Positions 12,156 to 25,984 of a stretch of 64,000 bases of DNA are shown piece by piece; positions within the stretch are counted from its first letter, which is position 1, and the number at the start of each line of letters is the position of its first letter. The DNA is from Eledone cirrhosa. Its lineage: Eukaryota. The notes beneath the pieces are model-generated. The model saw only the letters and a list, made by a program, of their open reading frames with translations, searched no databases and had not been told where the DNA came from. A program made the translations under genes and the position numbers. The stretch covers positions 104,780,001 to 104,844,000 of the forward strand of contig OZ024741.1 in NCBI GenBank assembly GCA_964016885.1. Reading direction: 5' to 3'.

Positions 12156-13775
12156 ATGAAATGACAGGAGGCTGGATTTGTGTAAATCCTTGAAAGGTTT
12201 ATTATACTATGATCATTTCAATGACCGGGTTCCGTATGAATCCAGTGATATCATCAGGTATTCGAAATATAATACGTGAATGTAATAGATAAAATCCATG
12301 GGGCTGAAAATCAAGGACCCGAGGGCGACCGCCATCCACCATCTTCTACCTTTGCCGGTCGCCCTCGAGTGACGTGGCTAAAGCTTACAGTGTGCTACTA
12401 CCGGTCAGATAAAGGAAAACAGAAAGGGATGGGAACATAAGTTAGCGTTAATATCATGCCACAAGAAGAAAGAAAGAAAGAAAGAAGAGAGAAGAAGAGG
12501 GAAGGAAGAAGAAGAGAAGCCAGGGTTAATGTCAGCTATAAGAAGAAAGACAGAAAGAAAGAGGAGGAAAGGTCGGTATTACAGTCAGGCCAGGAGTGGC
12601 GCGAAAAATTTTCACAGGGACCCGTATCTTAGCAGAGGTAAATATAGTGGGGGTCAGTGTGTTATAATGTGTGAGCAGAAGATTGGAACGTTACGTTTTT
12701 GTTTTGACTTATAGGATGAAGTTAAATATTAATATTTAATATTAAAGAAATTAGAAAATTGAGAGTTAAACAGTTTAACATTTTTAAGGTTGCGAGGTTT
12801 AGGCAAAGAAAGAGTCTTTTATGAAGACACTTAAATTTTATTATAGAGTAAAGATTATGTCTTTGTTTAGCCGTCAAACAGCATGTGGCGACTACAGGCT
12901 TGGACAGCACAGCCCATCACTCCGAGTGATATCGCCTAGCGAAAGATATGGAAATCGATTTTTCCGAGCACTCTAGGAATGAATAACAGGCTTCAGTTGC
13001 GCCAGCCGGAAGTCAGCCCGCATCGTTAGGCCATTCTTGTACAAAACCAGTACTATTCCTTTACCCAGGAGGCGGGGTTTGCTTAAGTAGAGGGAGGCGT
13101 GATATATCTAATAGTTCTGATTTGATCTGTAATTTAAAGGTACTATGTGGTGGTTAAAAAACCGGCCGCGCGCCGGGCCCCTGGGGCGAATCAAGCCACT
13201 CCGAGTAGTTTCATTTACCGAAAGAAGAGGAAATTTATTTTTCCAAGCACTCAAGGTAGGCCTATGCGCCAAGGGGCCGGTCCCGCCGCCAGGAAAACCA
13301 ACCCAACAGTCCGACAGAAAGTTGGAACGTTAAAATATTGTTTAAATTTATAGGATGAAGTTGAAAGAATTCAGAATAACATTATAAAATTAAAGAGTAA
13401 GAAGATTGAGAATTGAACAAACAGAAAATTGAAAATTAAACATTTAAAAAAACTTTTTTTAAGTTTTGGGTTGCGGGGTTTAGTTAAAGAGAGTCTTTTA
13501 TGAAGAAACGTTAATTGTATTATGTAGATCTTCTATAATTTATCCTAGTGGGATGTAGAGTAAGGGATATAGTCGGGTAATATTTAATTTTGTTCTCAGG
13601 AGGAGACATTCTAGTGTCGTGTGCTAATGGGTACAAGTGAGCAAAAGTCCCAATAGGAGGAGTAGAAATACATGGATACATAGAAGTGGAATACGTGGAA
13701 AAGCACATTGATAAAGCAAAGGTATAAATATATAAATATATAAATAAACCAACAAGAGTGGTGGTGGAGTAAGAT
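12151..13775 (-). mobile_element. Unclassified hammerhead-tailed repeat (probable PLE derivative) with internal direct duplication
   Basis: Bounded by (TA)n; hammerhead at the 3' end; 12683-12830 and 13322-13510 are diverged direct repeats. Confidence 0.45.
12204..12261 (-). ncRNA. Minimal type-I hammerhead ribozyme
   Basis: Minus strand: atac-CTGATGA-[imperfect stem II atcactgg.ttc/gaa.ccggtcat]-GAA-atgatcat (palindrome)-A-gtat; about 50 nt from (TA)n. Confidence 0.8.
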
Positions 13776-13859
13776 ATATATATATATAAAAGTTTTAAAA
13801 TATATATATATATATATATATTTTAAAACTTTTCCTTATTTGCTAAACATTGATTATAT

Positions 13860-14385
13860 ATTCCAATAACACAAAGCTGTTGTACAGTCTCTTGCGTGAA
13901 GTTTATGGACCGTTTTCTTCTCTGGTGACACCGCTTCGTAGCAAGGATGGCAAAGAACTTCTTCGTGACTCACAAGGAATTATACGAGGGTGGCGAGAGC
14001 ACTTTCATGAACTTTTGAATCAGCCGTCTGTCGTCAATGAAGATTTCCTCAATCTCATTCCAGAAAGTCCTGTGAAAGTAGCTCTCGCAGAACCTCCGAC
14101 GCTTGTCGATAGCAGTAGCTATCTCGAAGCTGAACAGTGGGGGGTCTCCAGGTATGGATGGCATACATGCAGAGCTTCTACAATATGGTGGTGAGAGACT
14201 CCTGCAACATCTTCACTCTTTGTTTGGCAGGATATGGGCTAATGAATCCGTACCTGAGGACTGGAGAGATGCAGTAATGGTGGTCTTGTACAAGGGAAAG
14301 GGTAACAGGAATGATTGTGGGAACTACAGAGGCAATGGCCTTATTCGATAACGAGGGGGTAGCCATCATGTATGTATGTATGCAT
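13860..14385 (+). mobile_element. RTE-clade LINE fragment, internally deleted, with 3' tail
   Basis: WREHFHELLN, SPGMDGIHAELL and VPEDWRDAVMVVLYKGKGNRNDCGNYRG joined directly to the family 3' end ggcc..tcgataacgagggggtagccatc(atgt)n. Confidence 0.85.
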
Positions 14386-14798
14386 GTGTGTGCATGATAT
14401 ATATATAAATATATGGTGTATATATCTTATCAAATGATTCTATGGACATACTTTATAGTATATATATATATAATACATTATATATATGTGGTGGTGTGCA
14501 TGTGGTTATCTATTTTTAATCTTTCAATTATTCAGTCGTGGTGGATCCGTAAAATACCTGTCTTTCCCCCAGGCTGTGGTAATTTGGGAAAGATTTTCCA
14601 CCATTGACATTTGGGAAAAGCAAATTACGTCCATCCATTAAAGACGAACTACGCCATCATTGTTCGTAATGCTTTTGTACTCATCATTATCCCCCTCATC
14701 ATCAAGATCATCAGCAGCAGCTGCATCTTCTTCTTCTTCTTCTTCTTCTTCTTCTTCTTCTTCTTCTTCTTCTTCTTCTTCTTCTTCTTCTTCACTGG

Positions 14799-14833
<35 letters not shown>

Positions 14834-14939
14834 TCATTCCACCGTTATCGACATAATTATACTATCGTTTACATCCGGGTAAAACCGATATATAACTGGA
14901 GACCTGATGCGATCGATATATAAACGGTTAAGTTTAATG

Positions 14940-14990
<51 letters not shown>

Positions 14991-15170
14991 ACGCGTGTTT
15001 GTGTGAGTGTATGTGTGTGTGTGTTCTCCAAATTCACAATGTGAGATCTATTAAGAACCATGTAAAAGAAGAGTGACGAGCGTGGGTTAGAATGGGGAGG
15101 TGATAAGAGTTCCAAGAAGGAACAAGACAACAATCACGTCTGACACATACATATACATATACATATGCAC

Positions 15171-15242
<72 letters not shown>

Positions 15243-15361
15243 TATATATTATATATATATAAGTATTGAAGTGTCCGTTGAAAATTGAAAAAGTCATAGG
15301 AGTGTAAAGTGCTCTATGTAAGTACCAGAGCTAAATTTAATGTATAATAAACAATACAATA

Positions 15362-15434
15362 TAATTACCTCATTACCAGAGGTTTCCCGAATAAGACGAA
15401 TACGAAAAACGTCCTCATTCGTTCATCGGACAAG
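15362..15434 (-). ncRNA. Hammerhead-like motif with CCGAUGA core
   Basis: Minus strand: CCGATGA-[stem II cgaatga.gacg/cgtcttattcg]-GAA-acctc(tggtaat)gaggt-A; stem I weak; about 100 nt from (TA)n. Confidence 0.55.
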
Positions 15435-16050
15435 ACAATTTAAAACATAGTGAAATATTTGAAAAATCTCCCCAAGAAAGGCAAGAGTTTAACGGGCAAA
15501 AAAAAATCAAAGCAAGAGATATATAAAAAAAAAAAGGAAATATAGTGAGGGTATGTGTATAAATGTGTTTATATTCACTCACAAATGTACATATGTGTGT
15601 ATGTACAAATGCATGTGTATAGTGAAAATGTGTGTGTGCGTAAGTGCGTATATGAGGGCAAGCATAATAGTGTATGTGTGACTAATACGTATATAATATA
15701 AGTTGAAAAATAATGTACATCCAGATTTAGGTATTAAATATACAAGTATGAAAGCACGCGTATAAACACACACGCACGATCATTTATATGCGGAAGATAA
15801 AAAGGGAAGGGAGTGTATTAGTCAAGAAGAGTGTCATATTCGATACATATGAAAATGAAACAATATATGAGAAAGAAAAAAAAGAAAAAATGTTATCTAA
15901 ATCAAAGAGAAAGTAAGAGGGAGGGGTTATCAATTATAAATTAACACTAGAGAAAAAGAAAAGAAACATAGGTTCGCACGTACGCACACATACATATAAA
16001 AATATATATATATATGAATACGTACAGGCATATATATATATATATATATA

Positions 16051-16092
<42 letters not shown>

Positions 16093-16132
16093 GATATTAA
16101 ACAAATGGAAACTATATTTATAAAACCATATT

Positions 16133-16198
16133 TATTTCGTTATATATATTTCTGGGATATCATATTAAAAATATGGTATGCCTTCCTCAGACAAAATA
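16133..16198 (-). ncRNA. Minimal hammerhead ribozyme in a PLE family B-related 3' tail (16092-16375)
   Basis: Minus strand: tattttgt-CTGAGGA-[stem II]-GAA-atatatat-A-acgaaata; flanks match 48236-48360 and 42430-42537. Confidence 0.8.
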
Positions 16199-16526
16199 CA
16201 ATACATAAGCTGTTTTATAAATAATTATTGACATACCTTATAATAATGCAACTTCCATTTAAAAAGTTGATTTGGTAGTTTAATATCGTAAACCTACTCC
16301 AGAAACTGTTGAGTGCTTTTATATCAGTTATAAAATATTTACTCGTTGTAACCCAACAATCTTAAATAAAACTTTTGCATATATATATATATATATATAT
16401 GTGTAGGAGGTGAGTTTTATTGTAGCACAATAAAGCAATGCAAATATCGGATAAGTAGCACTCAACAGTTTATAGGACTGGAGTATAAATAATATAAAAT
16501 CAAAAGATGGTTAAATGAGTTCCATG

Positions 16527-16597
16527 TATTTTATTATGCGCATTTCAAAAACAAATATCATCATGGGATGATATTTGCGTTCTCATCAGATAAAATA
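16527..16597 (-). ncRNA. Minimal hammerhead ribozyme (second copy of the 5764-5831 family)
   Basis: 16494-16655 is near-identical to 5731-5880; intact CTGATGA/GAAA core and atgcgcat palindrome. Confidence 0.85.
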
Positions 16598-16707
16598 GGG
16601 AGACATGATATGAAGCTTAAAAAACACTTGCGAGCAGTGAAGTGTCAAATCAACACACACACACACACACATACATATATATATACATATATTTATATAT
16701 ATATATA

Positions 16708-16915
16708 CAGGGTAGTCCAAAAGTCACACAGTGGTTTTAGTTTTTATTAACTTCCTGAATTGTACAGATTGATGTATGAAATTTTGTTACAACTTAAAGG
16801 ACATAATTGGAATTATTTTGCACTCGTCAATCCTTGTCACACCTCTACATTACTTTTGAGAAAAAAATTAAATCATTATAAACAGTTGCGACCTCTGTGT
16901 GACTTTTGGGCCACC

Positions 16916-16918
<3 letters not shown>
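16708..16918. mobile_element. Tc1/mariner-type MITE
   Basis: TIRs cagggtagtccaaaagtcacacag / ctgtgtgacttttgggccaccctt, flanked by TA on both sides. Confidence 0.8.
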
Positions 16919-16975
<57 letters not shown>

Positions 16976-17434
16976 ATATATACACATTCGACTATATAAA
17001 AAGAAAATATGCAAACTGTAAACATGATTAAATATTACTTTTTAATTAAATAATCTTGTCCCTAGTTTAACGCTAGATGTTCAAGATTAAAATAATGCAG
17101 TTTTATTTAGAAATTAAATGTAAATTTTCGCCCACCTTGTTGTGTTTTTGTTTTTTAATTTGCTTTCACTTGAACTTATTTTATATTCAAACTCATTTAT
17201 TTATTGCAGCTAATTCAGATGCCAAATGTTGTGAGGAATTTTACAAAAGAAAACCTCTTGACCCTCTGTCAACTTGTCTTTACTAGATAACTTCTTGAAC
17301 TGCTGTTTAAAGAAAATTATATAAATTATTTTAAACTGGGTTTAGCCCTTTACCTTTTGCTTTACATTAAACATTATAAAATTATCTTTATACGATATAA
17401 CAATAATAACATCAACAACCATAACAATAATAAT

Positions 17435-17550
17435 TGTTTCTAATATTTGCACAAGGCCAGCATTTTAATGGAAGGAGGAAAATTGATTCCGTTACTCAAT
17501 ATTTTACTGGTACTTTATTTTCTTGACCCTGAAAGGATGAAAGGCAAACG
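17435..17550 (-). mobile_element. Octopus-type SINE 3' fragment
   Basis: gcacaaggccagc..actggtactttattt..gaccctgaaaggatgaaaggcaaa. Confidence 0.7.
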
Positions 17551-18077
17551 ACAATAACAACAAATTCAATAATAATATTTATTATTTCTTTATTTGCCAC
17601 AAGGACCGAAACATAAAGGACAATACAAACACCGGGGCAGTGGCGACTAACAAATAATCTTAGAAAACTTACAAACAAATAAAAGAACTAACAATTGTAA
17701 CAAAGTAACAATAAATTGATGGGCAGCATCAGCCAGGGGTAATTAAGGTACTCCACAGATCCGAGATCACACCGACCACCAAAAGCATCAGAGACAAGTG
17801 CTCTCACATCTTTGTTCTCTCCAGCCTACAGTGTGTGTTTAGTTGAGAAAAGGTGCAGCATTTAAAAAGATGTTTTATATATTTTTGTCCCCTTATTGAC
17901 CACCAGATAAAGTTTCCGTGATGGAAATGTAGACGTGGGTAGGGCTTTGATGGTGCATGTGTTTATGTGTGAGTTTGTGTATAAAAGGGGAGAACGAGAG
18001 GCGGCGAAAGAAAAGAAAATACAAGAGAGAGGGTGGTGGTTTTGGCGGTAGGTTTTATTTCTTATGTTTTTCGTGTA

Positions 18078-18515
18078 GATATTGCTGCTGTTGGCGGTGC
18101 TTCTGTGTCTGCTGTTGCTGCTGCTACTGCTGCCGTTGCTACTGTTACAGTTGCTGTTGTTGTTACTGTTGTTGCTGTTACTGCTGTTGTGCTGTTGTTG
18201 CTGTTATTATTGCAGTTGCTGCTGTTGTTGCAGTTGCTGCTGCCGTTTCTGTGGCTGCCGCTGCCGTTGCTTCTGTTGCTGCTGTTGCTGTGGCTGCTGC
18301 TATTGCTATTGTTGCTGTGTTGTTGTTGTTTCTGTTGATGTTGCTGTTGCTACTGTTTCTGTTGCTGTTGTTGTGTTGCTGTTGCTACTGTTTCTGTTGC
18401 TGTTGTTGTGTTGCTGTTGCTGCAGTTGTGTTTCTGCTCTGTTGCTGCAGTTGTGTTGCTGCTCTGTTGCTGTTGTTTCTGCTATGCTACTGCTGTTTAT
18501 GTTGTTGCTGCTGCT
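18078..18515. repeat. Degenerate (GCT/GTT)n trinucleotide low-complexity tract
   Basis: Directly visible; yields spurious poly-C/A/L ORFs in all frames. Confidence 0.9.
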
Positions 18516-18547
18516 TTCGTATATTTGTTATTATTAATGACTGTTAG

Positions 18548-18765
18548 GGGGGTGGATTGCCAGATTCGGTAGAGCACCGGACAAAATGCTTTCCGACATT
18601 TGGCTACGACGTTCTACGTTGTGAGTTCAAATCCTGCTGAGGTTAACTTTGCTTTTCATCCTTCTGGGATCAATAAGGTAAAGTACCAGTTAAGTACTGG
18701 GGTTAATATAATCGATTTCTCCCTTCCCCCAAATTGCTGTCTTTGTGTCAATGTTCGAAAGAAAG
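18548..18765 (+). mobile_element. Full-length Octopus-type tRNA-derived SINE
   Basis: tRNA-like head (A-box region, B-box gagttcaaatcc) followed by core ggttaactttgcttttcatccttctgggatcaataaggtaaagtaccagt. Confidence 0.8.
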
Positions 18766-19126
18766 AATTACTATTGTTTGTTTACTTACACGAAATTTCA
18801 AAGTAAACTACATTCTGATGATCTGTATCTTTTAGAAGAAAGATTGATGTTGAGATATACACGCTTTCTTTTCCAAATTATGGGAAATGAAATGATTTCA
18901 ACTGATAGTCAATGATCACTCCAAGAGTTGTTAGTGGAACTATATAGACAAAACCTGTGTAAAAGCCGGTCTGGTTGTTTTGACCGGTTCTTATGAGTAT
19001 CGGACGAAATGTATTAAAATGTTTGATCTCATCCTTCTAAATTCAACGTTCAGATCACACCGAGTGTAATTTGCCTTTCATCGCTCAGGAGCGTCTAAAA
19101 CAAGAAGCAATAATACATCATATTGA

Positions 19127-19410
19127 AGGCGCTTGGTTAAGTGGTTAAGGTGTTGGGTTAACGATAGTAGTGTTGGAGATTCGATTTCTGGATCACGTTG
19201 CACGTCATCTCTTTAGAGAAGATACTTCATTTCATATTGCTCCAGTTTTCTCAGTACCAATTACAGTTGGAGATTAACGATGCGATGGACTTGTGTCCCG
19301 TCCCTGGAAGTGTGGGCAGGGTGGGGTTGGGATCTTATATCTCAATCACTTAACACCAAAGAAACTGGGATAAGCTCCGGCCTGATGAGTCTCTAATCTT
19401 AGGAATTTTA
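19127..19410 (+). mobile_element. tRNA-derived SINE with conserved central/3' domain (Meta/V-like)
   Basis: Head tggttaagtggttaagg..gttcgatt; tgcgatggacttgtgtcccgtcc..gaaactgggataagctccggcctgatg; homologous to 53920-54203. Confidence 0.7.
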
Positions 19411-20657
19411 ATGCATCATACTATATTGAGTCAATACCATAGAAATGGTTGGTGGACGTGATTGATTAATGAATGTGACTGTGGTCACGTGACATTGCTT
19501 GATCATGGTTTTTATTATAATCTAAGAAGTTCTACTGGTAACAATACTAAACTTTAATCATATTAATAATGTTAAATTGAACATTAAGAGATGGGGGTAT
19601 GTGGATGGGGATACCGAAGAAGAATATAAAGAAAAAAGATGGCGTCTACTATAATAATTTTATCTACGAAAATAATTGAATTCAAGAGAGAGAAAGATGG
19701 TGGGTGAGAAAGAGAATAATGGACATGTAAAAGAGAATAAGAATTTATCTCTGCTACAATGAAACGAATACTCCCACACTCATCAAACATCTCGAACTTT
19801 TCAAACACCAACAACCTCACCTTTTAACAAAAAATTAATTCATCTTGCAAGATCATATTTTCTATTCATGAAACGGTATTATGTAACAACTGTGTTTGAA
19901 TATGAAGACAATGAGAGAGAGGGAGAAAGGGAGAGAGAAAAGGGAAGAGAGAGGGCAAGAGAAGGAGGGAAGAAAGAGAAAGAAATCTTTCTCACATACA
20001 AGAATCGAATCAATAAAAATCGATACTGGCCAGAATACATCAGAATACAATCCTGTGGTTCTAACATAACTAATTACATTTAATACAATTAAAGTGGAGT
20101 ATTGCGACCAAGAAAGAGATTTTTCATATTAGATATCATAATCATGGATGACCCATCCATTACAGGCGGCTATAAATTACCTTCTACATTTCTGTCCTCT
20201 CTCTCTCTCTTTCACTTACTTTTCCTCTTTTTCTTTTTCCACCTCTCTCTTACTCACTCTCTGTCTCTGAAAATTGTCGTTATTTATAAAATTTTAAACT
20301 ATCAAAGAGATAGTCCTCTTGCAAAATAATTTCCTGAAAATAAGTTTGATGAAATTTTGGCAGAGCGAATATTTTGGCAGTTTAAGTAAACACCAGATCG
20401 TGTATTGTATGAATGTCCATTCCCTGGTTTTGGCAAAGAAAGCATTCACCACCAATACTTATAGCTAAGATTCGACGATTTCTTAATCTTTCTGTTTAAT
20501 TCAGCCATTTTGTAAGGCGTGGGAGTGCTGTTTGAGAATTGCTTCATAGTTGAGGGGGGGGGGGTCTACTATTTCAGCATTGACTGCGTTAAAGAATAAT
20601 AAAGTCTGCTTTGTCTTATCAGGCTCGATAAATAATGTCCCAGTATTGGGGTCGATT

Positions 20658-20700
<43 letters not shown>

Positions 20701-22106
20701 AAGAAGAAGAAGAAGAAGAAGAAGAAGAAGAAGAAGAAGAAGAAAACAGTTGCATTCAAGCTTGGAGACAGACGACCTTCACCAAATTTTGATTCCCAAT
20801 ATGTGTCGTATGTCACGACAGCGCCCCTACAACATCACCAAAAGTTAAACGCTAAAAGCAAAGAATATGTCAGTATATTGCAAGTCTGTATCCAATTGCC
20901 ATCCGGGTGTAAATTTGAACCCTAAAACTCAGATTTACTTTGTAAATCATTCAGTGTCCACTCCACCTCCTGTAAGTATGTTTAGGCTGTTAGAATTAGC
21001 AGGTGGTGATTACTAGAAGGGAAAATATTTTGGAAGATAATTCCACTTTTGTAAATTAAAAAACATCTTTAAAGATACATTTAGCGACATAACATTTCCT
21101 CCATAACCTTTGTCTGTGTCTCCACCTCTTCAACATTGTTATTCAATGCAGTTCGTCTTTATAATGACAACCCAATGGATACTTGCTCTTCTAATAATTG
21201 CTTCGGGTATTCAAAAGAAGAAAAGTATAACATCGCTTGGAGAAGAAAATACTACTTGAAATGATAAATTGAAGTGATAAATTCTGATTATCTAAAACTT
21301 GCTACATTTCATAAACAGTATTGTATGAGTTTTCTTGAATTCACAAAACACAGCATTTCAATGACGGAAAACAAAAGTTCGTTTTTTTTGTTTGTTTTTT
21401 TTCGTTTCGTATCTTCTTTTTTTTTGTTTTAGGTGTTATTTGTAGCAAATCTTATCTTTTTCCTAATTTTAGTAAACTGAGTAATTCAAAAAATTTATAT
21501 AATATTCAAATACTATTAGAATATTCTGAATAGAATATTTCAATAGCTTCAATTTTATTATTCATAATTTTTATTCGCATTGAAAAGTATTGCATAAAAA
21601 AATTTTCAAACGAATATTATCAGTTGATTCATTAAAAATAACAGCCAATTCCTTTTTATATCACACGTTATCTTCGTAAAGTATGAAGAACAGACTGTAG
21701 AATATAGTCCTAGAGATACAAAAAGACGAAATAGTAGTGGCTGGAATGTCTTTGGTTGCTGGAAAAAGATTGACCTAGGGTTAAACAATAACTTAAGATT
21801 GAGTGAAATCATGAGCTGAAGCTACATGGTTTCAACTACTAGTTGAAGCTATTTTTAGACAACTTATATTAGTCAGGAGAATGACACAAAAGTTCATTTT
21901 AATTTCTACAAAGAAATAATGAAAGAAAAAGTTGACTTCGGTTGGATTGGAACTCAAGAAGCCAGAAGGTATACCACAAGATATTCTATCCAATGCTGTA
22001 GCTACTCTGTTGATTCATCACTTTATCTGACACAGACATAGACAGACACAGACACACACTCAGACACACACACACACACACGCACGCACACGCACACACA
22101 CACACA

Positions 22107-22173
<67 letters not shown>

Positions 22174-22484
22174 GCATGAATACATACATACATACATACA
22201 TACATACATACATACATTCATACTAGCTTCATACCCATCATTATTGGAGCTACGGGTTATATACCAAATCTGCTTGGACCAAAGTATGACTGAACTTGGA
22301 TTTGCGGACAAAAAGCGCAGCTCCCTAATTCATAGTCTACAAATGGCTGCGATAGCTGGCACCTTCAAAATTTGCAAAACATTCTTGCGATTCAAGGGAT
22401 GACAATTTCTTTTCTTTTACAACCTTGCCACCAGGAAGGTGGCCGGTCAAAAAAATATACTCGAAATTAACAGAAAGAGAAAAC

Positions 22485-23085
22485 ATACATACATATATGA
22501 TGGGTGTCCCCTCATTATCGAGTATGGGGCATTGCATGATATAACATTATTAATAACTATTAATTAATTCTATCGTGAAATGCCTGTGCGTGAAGATTTT
22601 TTTAAAGTGAAGAAAAACTGAAAAGAAAAAAAGATCAACATCATCGGTAACTAGCGAGCCGCAGGTTTTATGTCGGATTTATCCCAGTTTCCTGAGTTGC
22701 CTTCTCCTAGAAGAATGCCCTGACAAAGTCTAGGGGTCCTTCACTCCCAGTGGTTAAACCGCGCGATCGGGTATCCAGCCCGATTATTTCTATGTCCTCG
22801 CGCATATACACACATATGCACAGATGCATATACATATATACATACACATATATACATATACATACATATGTACATATATATATATATACACATATTTACG
22901 CATATTTGGATAGCCGTTGACTCTTATGAGTTCTTTCGCATTTGTCAGGTTTTTTTGTCCTACAGGGTGTCCAAAATCCTCCTCACCAAGTAAACTTGGT
23001 GGGGTTGCCGGTTTAGTCACCGACGACCCGACCATGCGACAGGTTGTACTGGGTTCCATGTTACTAATAGCACTCAAGAGGAACC
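22485..23085 (-). mobile_element. Non-autonomous RTE derivative (5'UTR plus 3' end), interrupted by microsatellite
   Basis: 22905-23075 and 22660-22735 match the 5'UTR-like block at 42715-42960; 22485-22540 is the RTE 3' tail. Confidence 0.65.
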
Positions 23086-23107
23086 CGATGTACACATATA
23101 CATACGA

Positions 23108-24592
23108 ACATACATACATACATGATGGCTGCCCCCTCGTTATCGAGTATGGTTATTGCACATATATATTAATAATTAACGGTGCTTGATCGAATGTGGC
23201 TTTTTACCACTGCCAATGATCTAAAATGTCTTGCACAGATTTGCCAACCAAAGCATTCGCTGGCAATAGCCGGCTGTGGTTGGACTTCATGTACTTTTGC
23301 ATGTCGTTTGAGCCCGCCTGCTGATATACACTCTCTTCCACATGCTTGAGGGATATGATGAACAGCATCTCCGACAGCAGTCTAATAGTCAGCCACTGGT
23401 CTCACTTTATGACTACGAAGATGACTTTTGAGTTCAGCTTTGCCATAGGAGGACCTTTGCTGTCTGTAAATGTAACAGCAATGCCTTTCCTGACATCCTT
23501 TTTTACTTTTTCGTATGAGATTCAAGATGTTTCAAAAGCAACTTTCCCCTCATGTACAGTCTTTCTCCATTTATTGCGATCAGCAGCTATGCTTCCCCAT
23601 CTATCAGCAGAGATGTTAACGTCTTTCAATGAGGCTTTCAACGAATCCTTATACTTCTTTTTTGTTTTATGTGAAGGTCGCTTTCCTTTAACTAACTCTC
23701 CATAAAAGAGTTGTTTTGGAATCCTAGAATCCTTCATCCTGGCAAGGTGACCACTCCATCGGAGTCTTTGCTTAAGCACAAGAGCTTCTATGCTTCCACA
23801 TAGAGAGCTTTCCAGAATCTTGACATCACTGATGTGGTCCCTCTAGTGAACGCCATGGATCCGTCTGATGGAAGCATTCCAACTGTTTAAGGTAGTTCGA
23901 TATGTGACCCAGGTCTCGCAGGCATAAAGAAGAGAAGAGAGCACACATACCGTGTACATCTTTACCTTTGTCTTCTTGCATATGTCTCGCCGACCCCAGA
24001 GGCCCCTTCCTAGCTATCCAAAAGCATCACTTGCTTTCCTAATCCTGAGTGGAATGTCATTATTAATATTGCTGTATCGATTGACAGTGCTTCCCAGGTA
24101 GACAAACTGATCAACCACTCCAAGTCGTTTACCATACATATATATATTTTGTTCATTGTACTGCTTACCAGGGGCAGGTTGGTACATGAAAACGGTTTTC
24201 TTGAGACTGACAGTCAATCCGTCCAATACTCAGCCCCACGAAGAACACGAACACACTGCGCATCACGTCTGTCGCGCACCCTGACAAGGATGCGAAGTCC
24301 AGAAGATGCCATTCTTTACATGCTGGTTGCATCCATGTGGTCTTAAACTTGTTAGTTTGCTGAAACATGGTGTTGGTAGCACATAGATCCAGCTCCTCAA
24401 ATATCTGGTGCAGGAGCATACCATTGCTGTTACACTTACCCACCGCATGCCTTCCGATTACAGTCCATGTGTTAAAATCCCCACCCACTCTAGCATTAAA
24501 TTCACCCAGCACGATGACTTTGTTTGCCTGAGGGATATTTCTTATAACACTTTTCAAAGCATGGAAGAAAGATAACTTTTCATCATCAACGT
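23108..24592 (-). mobile_element. RTE-clade LINE, decayed and internally deleted (APE part fused to RT C-terminus)
   Basis: LGEFNARVG, GKCNSNG, TTWMQP, FVYLGS, RIRKASDAFG, RLRWSGHLARMKDSRIPKQLFYGEL; (CATA)n tail at 23108-23125. Confidence 0.9.
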
Positions 24593-24804
24593 ATATACAT
24601 ACATGATGAATTCACCCTTATCGAGTATGGCCATTACACGATATAACATTATTAATAATTATTAATTAATTCTATCGTGCAATGCCTGTGCGTGAAGATT
24701 TTTTTAAAAGTGAAGAAAGTCTGTGCAATGAGCCAATCCCACTTTCTGAGCGACAGTAGCTACATACCTACATACATACATACATACATACATACATACA
24801 TACA

Positions 24805-24835
<31 letters not shown>

Positions 24836-25012
24836 GTATGTTCTGAAAATTTATCTATCTATATACTACTAAAACTATGTGATTGTGTGCTTGTCTGTAA
24901 TGTAATATAGCCCAAACCGTGCATAATGAGAAAATACTTTGAAAGGAAGTTGCCCCTGAAAAGGGGATACAAATGGAATAAAACGAGTTTCGTGTAAATC
25001 GGGGCACAGGTT

Positions 25013-25678
25013 CCCGGAATATAAAAAACACTATTGTCAATAGCATCCAGCAACGAATTTCACGCATCTCTGCCAATAAAAATATTTTTGATGATAAGGC
25101 AGAATATTACAATGAGGCTTTACATAGAGCAGGATACTCGAATAAAATTAAATACATAAATAACAACAACATGACAAATCATCCTAGAATTCATTATAAT
25201 AACAATAAACAATTCAACTTAAATAGTAAACCAAACAAAAAAAACTAGAACTAGAAATATTATTTGGTACTCTCCCCCATTCTCATTAAGCGTTAAAACA
25301 CCTTTAGCAAAGCTATTTTTAAAGCACTAGATAAGTGTTTTCCTAAAGCCCACAGATACCACTCTATTTTTAATAGACACACTATAAAACTATCCTACTC
25401 TACTACTATGAACATAGCACAAAATATAAATAGAATTAATAATAGAAACTTAAATTTAAACCCTAACCAAACAAACCAAGATAGCAATAATAACATTTCT
25501 AACAACAATATTCATTTTAATAGTACCGTTCCGAATAACAACTCCAGAAAATGTAACTGTAGAATTAAATCAAACTGCCCTTTAGAAAATAATTGCTTAG
25601 ACAAAAACGTAATTTATAAATGCACAGTTAAAACTACAGACAACATATTTAACTATATTGGTGCCACTTCTACAAACA
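25013..25678 (+). pseudogene. PLE family C remnant (thumb/linker to start of GIY-YIG)
   Basis: RISANKNIFDDKAEYYNEALHRAGY, RNIIWYSPPFS, CNCRIKSNCPLENNCLDKNVIYKC..YIGAT; closely related to 49609-50700. Confidence 0.85.
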
Positions 25679-25984
25679 GACACACATATATAAATAAACA
25701 CACACACACATATATAAACACACAAATATAAATATATATACACACACACATATATATATGTATATATACACACACAAATATATATATACATACGCACAAA
25801 ATATATATATATATATATAAACACATACACACATATATATATATATATAAACACATACACATACATATAAACAAACACACACACACACATATATATACAC
25901 ACACGCACTTATACATATAAACACAGCCACTTTACTGCAAAACCCAATATTTAAACATTTTCCTTCCCTCCTACAATTATTTTG

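Noticed and set aside
17957-18547. Cys/Ala/Leu-rich ORFs resembling metallothionein or membrane proteins
   Set aside because: Translation of a degenerate GCT/GTT repeat that is open in all three frames.
19360-19400. gaaac..cctgatgagtc resembling a permuted hammerhead
   Set aside because: Part of a conserved SINE domain; the homologue at 54143-54175 reads cctgatgggcc and the required stems are not supported.
21620-21820. Short open frame (..EEQTVEYSPRDTKRRNSSGWNVFGCWKK..) in unique DNA as a host exon
   Set aside because: No recognisable homology or convincing splice and start context.
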